Below are positions 13,005-25,587 of a DNA stretch of 64,000 nucleotides, one piece after another. The position numbers and the translations under genes are program-made. The notes under the pieces are model-generated. The model searched no databases. It was not told where the DNA came from and saw only the letters and a list, made by a program, of their open reading frames with translations. How positions within the stretch are numbered: position 1 is the stretch's first letter; each line of letters opens with the position of its first letter. This DNA comes from Yuukianura sp. NJ FZ-2021 (Eukaryota), in assembly GCA_046563655.1 (NCBI GenBank), contig CM102285.1, positions 13,888,001-13,952,000 of the forward strand, read 5' to 3'.

Positions 13005-15679
13005 CTTGATTTTGAAATTTTCTGGAACCTGAAACAGAAAAAAAATCCAGTTTCAAAAAATTGTATTTTTCAGAACCGCAACCAGAACCACAAAACTATT
13101 TACGAGTATTTACTAGAAGAATGTATCTTTAAAAACTTTTGGATGGTGGTGTACTCTTTCATTTTTAAACATTTCAATTTCCAAATTTTAACGCTACTTA
13201 CTTTTCAACACCTCTGCGGTTAATGATGAAATGAGGGTTTGTTCATTAGTTGTCTCTCCATTTTAAAGACCATTTACTACTTAATTACAAAATCTCAGCA
13301 ACCAGAAGGAGAAAAAGTGTTGCATCACGCCCACTCTTTCAATCGTTCATTTATCTTAGTACGTAGTTAGAAAAATTAATCTGTACTTTTTTGAGAATTG
13401 GGCAATGTTGTAATCGTTCCATAAATTAGAGGACCATGGACAAAGACATTCCGCTAATCTTAGGCTTAACAAGCATCTGCTCCTCTACGTCCAAGAAATC
13501 TTCCAAAACTGCGCGGATATCAAAATTATGACGCCATAAAACTTTTAACAGTTCCGTACTTTGTAAACTTACATTTAAGCACGTTTTAAATTAAACCCAC
13601 ACCTTTAAATTTAAAAACTGGAAGATTTTGATTCAACTAGTCACACCTTCCAGAACAACCAACAGGCGATGACACGATACGGTCAATAATTGTTCACGGT
13701 TGGCACGATTTGGTCAATAAGTGTCCAACCGTAGTATAACTTTGAGTCTAAGGTCTTGAAGATTGTGTTTATGATTTGACCTTTGACCTAACCATCACGG
13801 TTGAACACTACTAACAGTTCAGCGCTTAGCGTCATATTATGTTAGGCTAATCTAATAAAAATTGAACAAATCCTGGATAAATTCAACTGACCTTACCATT
13901 TTTGCAACAAATAACAAAAAAAAAACATAATTCTAAACCGCAAATTCTGAAGTTTTTGAAGAGCTTCCTTATTCGAAGGAAAGTTTTGGTGAAATTTAGC
14001 AAGAAACGAGAAACGTTAAGGGAAAATTAAACTTACGGTTAAATTGACGACACCTTCTTGGTAATTTACGGAGAGTTCCATTTTCTTCGGAGTTCCGGAA
14101 GACAATTAAACGTTAAAAGCTCCTTTTCCTTATTTAAGTACAGTTAGTAGTCCAGTATTTACTTGACTGAAGATCACACGTCATCACTGGCCTGATTATG
14201 TTACTGCATGTCCACCGCGTCATTGTTTAGAACAGCGATGTTAGGTACATCATGACGTCAAGCATCAAAGTTGACCTTAAAGTTTCAACAGCTTTAAGGC
14301 GTCCAATACACTGTTGGCCCATCCTCCGTCTTAAAGAAGCGCAGTGCTTGTTCGGTTGAGCAATCGTTATCGAAGTTGTCATTCATCAGTCATCAGTCTT
14401 CAGGCTAAAGATGCCAAGGCTTTTAACTAGAATTTTAAATAAAAAAATTCAAATTGGATAAGTTTGTTCTAAAAAAAATTAGCAACCAAGGCACTTCCAG
14501 TTCTTGATAATTTTAACCAGGAGTCGTTTATGCAATCATTTCTCCGAATTTGATGATTTTGTCTAAGTTTAGAAAGGATGAGAGGCATGTAATAAGTGGT
14601 AGACTATTGTTGATGTGTAACATAATGCAAAGTACTAATCGTAAGTAGGAGTTTACGTTAATCAGCGCCCTATTCCCCTTTTCCATTACCAAGCGCCATA
14701 ACTTACTACCCCGAAACGAAACTGGTGAAGGTGACATGACAAGCATGAAAAGCGGGTCCGAAAATAACTCCCGGGTAAGAAAAACTTCCTTTTGGACAGA
14801 TTCTGTTCACAGGAAACGGGAGATTGTGGTGGACTTAAATCTTCCCATCTCTCTTCAGTATATTTTAGGAATCGGATTCAGGCAGATCCCAATCCCAATC
14901 TAAGAGCATCTTCTTCCTCAGTTGCATCTTCCATATCTCTGTCAACCCTGCTCTTTCCAGTAGTGCATAAACCGTGAATTCGGTTCGGTGTATCTCCTCG
15001 TCTGTTTCGCATTAAGTTGACATTGAATTGTTTACGGTGTAGCTTGTCGTGCACGAAAGAGCCATTTTGACATGGAAGGCGGGGTTCCCGTTCTCCAGAC
15101 TTTAGTGGAGTACCTACTAATGGCAAATGTCTCGATTATTAATTAATCCAAAAGTGTAACGAATTTATGAAGTTTTATTTAGGGCGGATCCTTCCAGCAT
15201 TTTTGTCGGTAATCGAATGCTAAGCAGAGAAATTTTAATATCAAGAGGACACGATCTTTACCTTTTAGTTTCAGTTGCAAGTTTTATGAATTAATTGTCT
15301 CCATAACCAAGTGAATGTGTATCAATTAATTTAGTAATTTGGACAGTTAATTACTAATTAATTAACTAATTAAGATATAACTTGTGCAGTTCCAGCCAGA
15401 TGCTGTAAATGTAATGAAATGAAGGGAAAAGATGAGAAATGATGAACAAAGAACTTTTTAGTTTGAATTTAGGCGCGAATCTGTCTACTTCAAATTTTTG
15501 AATTTCGTACTAAACTGCCAAGAAAGGCGCCAATTTCAAGCTTTTGAAAAACGTGGTTTCTGTTTTTGTGTTTGAACAAGTTCTGAAATTTTTTTGTGGA
15601 TCGATTTTTCCTGGACAATCAACGATTATCAATTGATCTGAATTTGAGTAATTAATTGCCAGTTGGGGGTGAAAATAAA

Positions 15680-18600
15680 ATGAGCGGAGAAAGCAACAGT
15701 GAGCGTAGTGTTCCACATAGTGACGAAGAAGAAGAGGGTGGAACAGACACGGAGACTCTGACATGCCCACGGAACGGCAACCCGCTACTGCAGCAGCAGT
15801 TGCTTGGAATTCCTGGAGAACAAGAACAGACTGAAGAGTTGAATCAATCGATTACTGGTAAGCAATTCATGATGTCATTCTTATTGTGTTGCCATCCAAA
15901 GTTCTTGACATGCTACTATACTCCTTTAGGCAGGTCCGTTGTCATTCATATTCAATTTGAATCAATTCTGAAGAAGGACACTTAGTTCGTGAAGTTTCAT
16001 TCCCATCCGCATTATTATCCTTAATCTCTCGATAAAGTTGAAAACATTGTTAGTGCGTCTTGGCATAAAAACGTTTGCACTTTTCCGTATCCTGTAAAGT
16101 TTAAAAGTCAAAATCTAGGTCATTTCACTAGACGGATTAGAGGTGAAAGAAAAACATCGGTCGCTTTGTTTTCTTTTGTGTTCTGTTCTTGGCAGCACTG
16201 CTGCTTGTTTTTTGCTGTCGTCCTTGTACTGACGATTTATTTTTGTCATTTTTAGATGCTCTGGCTCTGCCTCCAATAGAGTTCGAACCTGATTCTGAAA
16301 GTGACACTGAAGAGAAACGAATCAACGGAGTGAGGAACGAAATTCAAGCAGTATTGGAATTGCATTCGTCGGTAAACGATATTGAAACGTTCTTGGCTGC
16401 TGGAGAGCGGGATAATAACTACAACGAAGAGGACCACGACGACATGACATCCTTCGGAAATTCGACGCGGCCAACAGGAATTCCTGTGCCAACTAATGTC
16501 TTTGGAAACAAGACTCCTAGCCCTGAGCCACCGCAGAACCAAAACAACTTCCGACGTGAAATGTCACCCTCGCCGATTCTCAACAAGGAAGAGCCGAAAA
16601 CGAAATCCGAGGAAACAAATGCTGTGAGCGACCGCTCTTTAGCTAATGGTTGGTAAAAAGTTTATTTAATATTGTTAATCATCTTATTGTCGTTGAATTG
16701 GGATCAGATTATCTGACCATTATTCATATTATGAATTTCATAATCTTATGTCCATGTGTCCATTGTCCTAGAAATCGGTGATCTGAAAATCAAAGATTCT
16801 GGATCTGACGATGCAACAACCGAGGCACTTCAGCTTCAGATGTGTATGGGTAATTTGCGTGAGAGAATGAGCGAGTACCGTGACGGTGACAAGAATAACC
16901 AAATGCGTAATGGATCTGACCAAGACGACGTTTCGAATGCAAAGTCAGTAATCGGAGGAGACGTCCAGTTTATTTGTAACGCCGTAGCAAACGTCATCCC
17001 TAAAATTCCTCCGAATGTCAACGTCGCAGAGCCAAACGGACGAAATGAAAACGAAATTGCTGAAGGAGTTCCACCAGCGTCCGGCGCTGAGATTCCTGCG
17101 CCTGACGAAGAAGATGCTGCCTCTCGTCGTCCAGATTCGGTTTTAGTAGGATCAGTCGGAACAGCTCCCGGATCTGGAGAGAAGAAGAAGAAAGGCACGC
17201 GTCTTCCACTTCCTTTACCCAAAAGCCAGAGTGGCCCACATCCAGTTTCAGCCTCTGCTAAGAAGCTACTCCCATCTCTTTCTCCGCTTGGTTACAAAAG
17301 TCCTCTGTCAGAAGTTGAGTCAACTGGGTCAGTTTCACTTCAGCAAAAACAGAAACCTCAATCAGCCAAAGCCAAAGTATCGCCAGTGAAAGCTTCTCCG
17401 TCTCCATCTTCAACAGGCGGAGTCTCAGCTGGAAAAAGTCGAGTTCCGCCGGTCAGGAGAGCTCAAACTGCTCGACCTGCTCGTCCAGAAGATACTTCAC
17501 CTTTGGCAGCTACTGCTTTGGATTTGCACTTGGATTTGTCTGGAACCAAAAGAAGCTCGTCTGACCTTTCGCGCCTTCTGAAACCCACTGCGAGTTGTTC
17601 AGCCAAGTACACCGTTGGAAGTTCGGCTTCCACGAGAGCTTCCCCCAGCAAATCATTGGGCGACAACAGACTTCGACGATCTACATCCATGGTAAGCTCA
17701 TTAACGCTTTGAACTCTTTCTTACATGCTCATGACCTTTGACCTAATTTTTTTTTAAGAAAAAGAACAATACTTGTTTCATTTATTTTGCAATTTTTATG
17801 ACCTAAATTAATATTAATGCAATTTTTATGAGAGACAGACAACAGACGCGCAAATTCACATCTTGGATGAGTCATGTTTGAAAATAGGATTGGTCTTTTT
17901 CTCTCTTTTTACGCACGACGCGTGTGTATTACGGAATTTTTTGTTGTCATTTTTGCGAATCAGTACGGAAGTTGGAAGTATTGATCCACTGCATGCTGTA
18001 TTTGCTCAAGTGCTTTTTGGAAAAGTATTGAGTGAAGGACCCACTTTGACTTTTTTGTGGAGATCCACTTATTACTTTCACCTTTCGGTGGATAGCAAAT
18101 GACTTTTCCTTTCTCTTCCTTTTATTACAGTCGATTAGTCTAGGAAATGTTATATAGAAAGTTATGCCATTTTGGAATTGAATTCCTCCACGCCCACATT
18201 CATTTCCTGCACGTTTATATGTATAAACATGAACGTTTACATGACAAGCCATCTTTCAAAATTTTCTTGGCCTTCGATCTGACATCTGAAACCAATAATT
18301 TTTTTATGGGATTCCTGAATCTTGAGATCTCAATTTCAACTTTTTCTGAGATTCGGTTTTGGGTTGCTAAGGAAACGGAAACTTTTCTTGCGATTTCAGA
18401 AAACAAAACGAAGAAGATAAAACAAAGCCTTAGCTTCTTTTTCTCTGCTCGCTGCGCTGCTGTTTGTTCAGGTCATTCAAGGTCACTCTCTCTTGCACTT
18501 TTGAGGTCAACACATCTTGTTTTATCGTTTACGCTTCAAAAAACTTGCGTTTTGAAAAAGTTGTAAAAGTTCTCTGGACGTTCGAAACTTTTTTGAAAAT

Positions 18601-19979
18601 GGAGGCCAGATTTAGACGATTATCGGTGAGTTAACCCGGATTGGCAAAAAATTGTGTTAACACTGCGTTGGCGTATCAGTTTAACGTGGATTTCTGGAGT
18701 TGTGGACAGAATTTATCATTTTGAGTAATTCGAGTCAAGGTTTTGCACTTTAGAGTGTTGATTGACTTGTGAAGTTGTGGGAGATGAGGAGGATTTAATT
18801 CGTGTTGTATGAATTGGAATGGTTAATTGTTCTTTTCCTGCGCATCAACATTACTAATGTTACATTAGTAGAAGTTACTACCTCTGTTTACTCAAATTAT
18901 CACTTCCACTTTATGCTGGGACACTCCTAGGTTAGTTAGTTTTTAGTTGCAATTGAAATGCAACATTGCCAAACAATCCTCATTTGCAAATCCTAGCAGA
19001 AACAGTCATTTGTTGATTGTGTTTTGCGTATATATCATTGCAAGTTGAAGTGGCCAAGGTCACTTTAGACTTATTTGCTTTGGTGGCACTTTATTTTGGT
19101 GGGTGCGGCAGTTGTTTGGCAGACTTGGTGACAAGTGGGTCTACAGCGTTAAGTTTTTGATTGTTACTTCAGCGATTTAGTAATTCAGCGATTATTTTAT
19201 GTGCTAGATGGGTGACGCTGGAAGTGGGTCAGGCGGAGGCAGCCCAAGTCCGACTCCGGGAGGAGCGGAGGCTGGAGCCAGCGGAGAACCGGCAGTGACT
19301 CCTGGAGGAGGTGGGGCCGGTGGGATCAAGGAACAATTTACGGCTTTCAGTAAATTCGGAGATGCCACTTCGGATGGAAAGCAAATTACGTTGAGCAATG
19401 CTGACAAGTGGATGAAACAGGCTCATGTTGTGGATGGAAAGAAAATCACAACTACTGATACTTCCATTACCTTCAAGAAGTTGTTCAAGTAAGACAAATG
19501 AAACAAAAAATCTAATGGTTTTTGAAAATTCATTTTGAAATGAACACTTTGTTGGTTTTTAGAACTTCGAAAAAAGTTGGATTTGAGGATTTCAAGCGCT
19601 ACGTTGAGGATTTGGCCAAAAGCAAAGGAATGGAGGGGAAAGATGTGCTGGACAAATTGGCCCACTGCGGAGCTCCTGGACTGTCACATGCAACAAAGGC
19701 AGCTCACGCAGGAGGTAAACTACTTTTTTCAAAATTTTTGAAAGTTAAGGTTTCTTTCAAAATTTTTGAATATAATTTTTGGTTTTGATTTTGATTCCAG
19801 TCGTTTCGCGCTTGACGGATACGTCAAAATACACTGGATCACACAAGGAGCGATTTGATGCTACAGGAAAAGGGAGAGGAATCGAAGGTCGTCGTGATGT
19901 TGCAGACAACTCTGGCTACGTGGCAGCATTCAAAGGAGGAAAGCCAGGAGAGACACAGCAGAGTCCCACTGCCAAATAA
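15680..19979 (+). CDS. TPPP: TPPP/p25-alpha family tubulin polymerization-promoting protein; core exons 19208-19979, long isoform from 15680
   Basis: Core: FTAFSKFGD...[61 protein letters not shown] (GxGxGxxGR motif). Upstream exons ~15680-15857, ~16256-16648 and ~16792-17690 join in compatible phases to the acceptor before 19208. Confidence 0.85.
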
Positions 19980-21050
19980 TCTTCTCTGCTGAATTCACAA
20001 AATACTTACTACATCTTACTAATAATCAGCACATGATCTACAAAATAATTTCCTCACCACAGAAAGCATAACGAAAGAAAGAAGATGAAAAAGTGGACGT
20101 TAAATGAGAAAACACAAACTTTCTGGAATTAATTTACGCCCGAAGCCTAAATACCTAAAGGGGAATAAAGGTATTTCCAATGTTAAACTTAAACTAAACA
20201 TGATCAATTTGTAATACATTTCATAAGATTTAAGCAAAATAGTTATGACTTAGCAGCAGTTATGACTTGCAAGACAGTATTTCACTTGTTAATCAATTTT
20301 TTTTCTTTTTATGTGAATGTGGCGGCCATTTTAGGATTTTAGAAAAACTTCCTGAACCTTTACCTTTTGAATGTGTTAGAAAGTTGTAAGTTTTAACTTG
20401 GTTAAACGTTAGTTGATTATGTTGAGCTTATCTTCTGAGTTTGTAATTTAAATTGAGTTTATAATTTGTACTTGTACTTTCTTTAAAAATGTAGTTTGAA
20501 AAAGTATTTTTTCAAAATTTTCCAGCAATTTGCAACTAGTTTGAGCACATCATTGGACGAGAACGAGAAGGTGTTTAGTAAAGGGAAGGACGCTGAGAGG
20601 TTATAGATTTTAATTCAAGCTTACCAATTAGCAACAAACAGTGCTACGAAGATTTAAAATTGGAGTGAAATTGTGAAGGTGTTAAAAATTTGGAATATTA
20701 TGGTACTACAATTTGCAATTTCGAAAAAAAAATTGTTTAGGTCAAGGTCATGGGTGCTCATAACTCTTTGTGTGAGATTAATCCGCTTTCAATAAAAAGG
20801 TTTCGACTTCAATTTTTGGATTTTTGAAATTTTGTCAGAAAAATGAAAATTGTGAAAAGTTAAAATTTTAACTTGATTTTACAGTAATAATTGCTGTGGT
20901 GACTGGCACTGCTAAGACCATGTTAGCATTTTGTTCAAAAATCTACGGAGTGGAATTTTCGCAAACTTTTTTCTCCATTTTTTTTAAAATGCAAGAATTT
21001 TGAACTTTTTTTTGAAATATGAAATCACGTGAAAGTCAAATCCAATAACT

Positions 21051-24000
21051 ATGCGGACTTTGACCTTAAGGCACCCCTTTTTGTTCCTTTTCGTTAGTTT
21101 CCTCTTGATTGGACTCTGTCTGACCTTTCGTAAGTGACCTTGACCTTTTGACCTCAACTTTTTTAGTTTTAAACTAATTGATTTTTTGATTTTTCAGCTC
21201 AGAGTCGTGGAGTGAAAGAGGAATCTGTTGGGGAAAAGCGTCAAGTGGATCCATCGGATGGTGAGATTTGGTATCCAGTGGAAGGAGAAGATACTGCTGC
21301 TGCTTCAAGACCTGAACCACTGCCAGTACCTCAAGCACATCAAAATGTGCTGGCCAGTGACCTTGTAGAGGCTGTGAGAAACATCTTTGTGAAGTGGGGG
21401 TACTCAGTGGACGAAATTCCGCAGCCCTTTGGAAACGGGGACCCTTCGATTCCGTTTCGATCCACACCGGAGTTCATCAGGGTCCTTGAACTCCTTGTGG
21501 AAAAACTGCCAACGGAACTTGACCTCCCTATTCTGCATATTCTCAAGGATAACGGAGTCGAGGAGCTCAATATTCCCAAAGGTCAGGTTGAAAATTTCAA
21601 AAAACAGTCAAAAATTTCAAAGGAAAATTCACAAGTTTCATATTTTATGAAAAAATGAACAGACTACTCGAGCTGGAGTTAACACGATTGACTGATTTTT
21701 TTAAATTTCCAGGAACCTATGAAAACTCCGTTGATCTTCAAAAAATCGATGAAATTATTGCACAAATTGAAAAAATTACTGGAAAAATTTCGTCGTCACC
21801 ATCCAATAGTAAGTTTAAAAAAAATTTACGAAAATTTTTTGCCTAAATTTTTAAAAAAAAAAAATTTAGGCAAAAAATTTTCCTACATTTTTTTTAAAGC
21901 AATTGCACTCCAGAACCTTCTTGCATAAAATTTTTTGTAATTTGAACTTCAAATTTTTCTTATTGGAGGAAATCCTGGACATGAAACTAAAACTTCGGAG
22001 GAAGAGCAAGTTGATGGAAAATGTAAGACTTTCTGTTTTTCAAAATCTTGAAATTTTGAAAATGTTTTTAAAAACTTCCAATTTTTGTTGTATCTTCAGA
22101 CGATCCTGTGACGGGATCCACAACACTTTGTGAGAAACCCGGAGAAGCTTGTTCCGAAGACGCCAAAACTGGAAAGTGGGCCATGCATCATCCAAAAATT
22201 CCTATTCCCAAAGGGGAACTTTTGATTGACGCTCCACAGTTCAGGAAAACACCAAAACAAGACGCTTCTACGCTGGTCAAGGACAAACAAAAACTGGAAA
22301 CGCTTATTCAGGAAGTCAAGCACACCGTGGAAGACATCGAAGCAGAGGGGAAACCACCTCCACCGGAAGTTGAATCCAAAATGGCACAAAATTTGAACCA
22401 AATCACGCAACTTGTGGAGGAAGTCGAATCCATTGCTGAGAAAAACACTAAAACTTTGGTCGAAAATCCATGTACAAGTGCTGGACAAGCATCTGGACAT
22501 GACCATGGCGGTGTCCAGGAAGATTTGAAGAAATTGGACTCAATGATCCAGAAAATGGAACATGATCAGGCTGCTCTCGAAGCTGGAATGAAGGGCGGAG
22601 CTAATGAAGCCAAAAAAGAAAAAGTTCACCAAGATTTGGCTGAAATTGAGAAAATGATTAAGGAAATGGAAGCTTCCGAGGTGAAATCGATCTCTTCAGG
22701 TCCGGAATCTCCAGGAAATCCATCGATCCAAGGAGTTTTGAACGAACTTGACCAAATCATTGCTGACATGCAGAAGCAAGAGTCCTCAAAAGAAAATCAG
22801 CGTCACCCAAGTACTTCGGGAGATCAAAATCATCAGGTCGAGCATCAACTGGAGGCAATCGATACAATCATGAGAGAAATTCAAGCTTTTCAGTCACAAG
22901 GGCAAGAATCGTCACCGGAGCAACATGTCAGAGGTCAAGCCCATGACGATGTCAGAGTAATTGACCAAATGATTCAGGATATCCGAAAGTACCAAGCAGA
23001 GTTTCATCCAGAATCTCAGTCGACTGCTGCTCAGCAGGGCGGTCATGACGGAGATCTGAAAGCAATTGATTCATTGATTGCCGATATCCGGAACTTTGAA
23101 GCTGCTCGTGCCATGGCTGACCTGGAAAATACTGCTGCTCGTCCTAAGCATCATGACGATACTGCCAAAGTAATTGATTCTATGATTCAGAAGATGAAGG
23201 CTGATGAAGTTGGTCAAATGGTTTCTGACATGGAGCGACAACAAGCTGACTATGACAGGAAATCCGAACATAGAGACAAGATGAACCAAATGGGATCGAT
23301 CATGAACAGAATTCAGGAACACCAAGCTCGGATTCCTCTACAACTTGATCATGTTGGTGACCGTGGGAATGATGCACAGTTGAAAGAAATCGATTACATG
23401 ATTGACCAATTGAAGAATCTGCAACCTTCAGCGGGAAACTTTGAACAGTCGAAAGGCCAACCTGACATGTCAGAATTTGAGTCAACCATGAATCAGATTC
23501 GTCAGTTACAGGCTAATCCTCAGACAAATCAGAATCGTCCGACTAGTCATGGCGGCCAGCCTGACATGTCAGAATTTGAGTCAACCATGAATCAAATTCG
23601 TCAGTTACAGGCTAATCCTCAGACAAATCGGAATCCTCCAAGTAGTCACGGAAGTCACCCTGACATGTCAGAATTTGAGTCAACAATGAATCAAATTCGT
23701 CAGTTACAGGCTAATCCTCAGACAAGTCAGAATCTTCCGATTAGGCATGGCGGCCAGCCTGACATGTCAGAATTTGAGTCAACAATGAATCAGATTCGTC
23801 AGTTGCAGGCTAATCCTCAGACAAATCAGAATCGTCCGAGCGGACACCCTGACATGTCCGAACTGGAAGCCACCATGAACCAAATCCACCAGTTACAAGC
23901 TAAATCTCAGACTCAAGAGCACCATGTTCCAAAACACGGCAACCGGGACGCTGAAATTCAAAAACTGGACAACTTGATCAACGACATCAAAACGATTGCC

Positions 24001-25104
24001 AACAACGAACTTTCAGAACAGCATGCAGCATCCAATGCCAACCAAAATCAAGTTCATGAACTGGATAACATGATTGCCAATATGCGAGACAAGTATGGTG
24101 CTGCCAGTGGACCCAATCAAGTCCAAGATGTTGACCTGCATCCGTCAAATGCTGACCAATTGCAAATGCTGGACAAGATCGTCAAAGAAATTGGTAAACT
24201 AGCTGAACAAGAAGAGAAACACATTGAAGATGAAGAGAAGACTGACAAAGCTGGAGAAATTGAAGACATCATGAAAGAAATCCAGCAGCAGCAGGATAAC
24301 GCAGCATCAAAAGCAGCAGCATCTTCTCAGAATACTGGCAATACTGACCAGCACATGTCCCAAATTCACCGAATTATGGCTGACCTTGAACGAGAAAGTG
24401 ACCTTGAGCGTGACCTTCAACAGGCCCTTGACGCTGTCGAGCACACCGTGGCCAAAGAGGATCACAAAGCGACAATTGCCAAAACTAACCAAATCATGAG
24501 CGACATCGGCGACATCCAGAGGAAACAGGAACATAATGCTGTCATAGCCAAAACGAATCAAATCATGAGCGACATCGGAGACATCCAGAGGAAACATGAC
24601 CAAAAAGCGACAATTGCCAAGACGAATCAAATCATGAGCGACATGAGTGACTTCCAGACGAAAGAAGAAGCCAAAGAGATTAATCGATTAATGCAAGAAA
24701 TCCAGCAGCACCAAAACAGTAAAGCCGAGATGAAGGAAACAGCTGACCAAATCAATCAAATTACTAATAAAATGAAAGTCCAGGAAATCCAGGACGCCCT
24801 TCGTGGAAATCCGAAGTTCCCTTCAGGGTCTGAACATCACCGAATTCCAGAAGAGAACCAACGAATCGCTGAAATAAATTCACATTTGAAGAAGGCTGGT
24901 GACGCCGCGATAATGTCGGAGATTGACAAGGTCATGAAGGAAATTGGGGAACTTCAGCAGAATAAGAGAGGTCAAGGTCACGGAGTGGCTGAAGGCATTA
25001 GGAAAGGAGGTGAGACGTTCCAGGAAGATCAGTTCAACGCTGCTGACCAAGGATACATTCGTCGTCTTCGGCAAATGAAACTAAAAAAGCAACGAAGAGA
25101 CTAA
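21051..25104 (+). CDS. Uncharacterised secreted protein (~1200 aa) with many amphipathic-helix repeats
   Basis: Exon 1 (21051-21129) encodes MRTLTLRHPFLFLFVSFLLIGLCLTF, a signal-peptide-like sequence, followed by gtaagt. Phase-1 exons follow at ~21198-21581, ~21713-21808, possibly ~21969-22022, and a 3-kb terminal exon 22100-25104 that is open for ~1000 codons. Confidence 0.8.
23458..23915 (+). repeat. Coding tandem repeat, ~99-bp (33-aa) unit, 5 copies
   Basis: PDMSEFESTMNQIRQLQANPQTxQNxPxxHGGQ repeated; the DNA units are near-identical (cctgacatgtcagaatttgagtcaac...). Confidence 0.95.
24460..24666 (+). repeat. Coding tandem repeat, 69-bp (23-aa) unit, 3 copies
   Basis: HKATIAKTNQIMSDIGDIQRKQE-like unit occurs three times. 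Confidence 0.9.
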
Positions 25105-25587
25105 AAACTGATCAGATTGTTCAACTTTATAATTTAAAAACAGGAAATTTTCATAATTTTTGAAATTTTGAATAAGTTTCGAATTAAAAACGAGCAAAAA
25201 TTTTAAAAATTTATGATATATCTTAATTTAACACAAATCAGTGACTCTACTTTTCATGTGGATAAGCAAACCATGACAAAAAGATGCCGATATTTGCATA
25301 CATTCCTGCGTGCGAATTTCAGTTTCAGGAAAACACGCGGAGGCAAACTTCGGCAAATTAAACGACAAGAGAGAAAGAGCATGCCATTTCGATTTCAGCT
25401 TCAGCAATTTCGGTTTCGGTAAAACGGTTAACTAAACGTAAATTAATTTATTAACCAATAAGAAAATACGTTAATATTACATATATTAAGAGTTGTGCTT
25501 TTATGATATCTAATGTTTTAGGTACATCACAACAGCTGTTAGGAATTGAGCACATTGTAATCTCATTCTCAGAGTCAGAATTCAGAA

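Noticed and set aside
23458..23915. Regular repeat with variable segments, considered as a CRISPR array or neuropeptide precursor
   Set aside because: It is an in-frame 99-bp coding repeat, and no dibasic cleavage or amidation sites flank the units.
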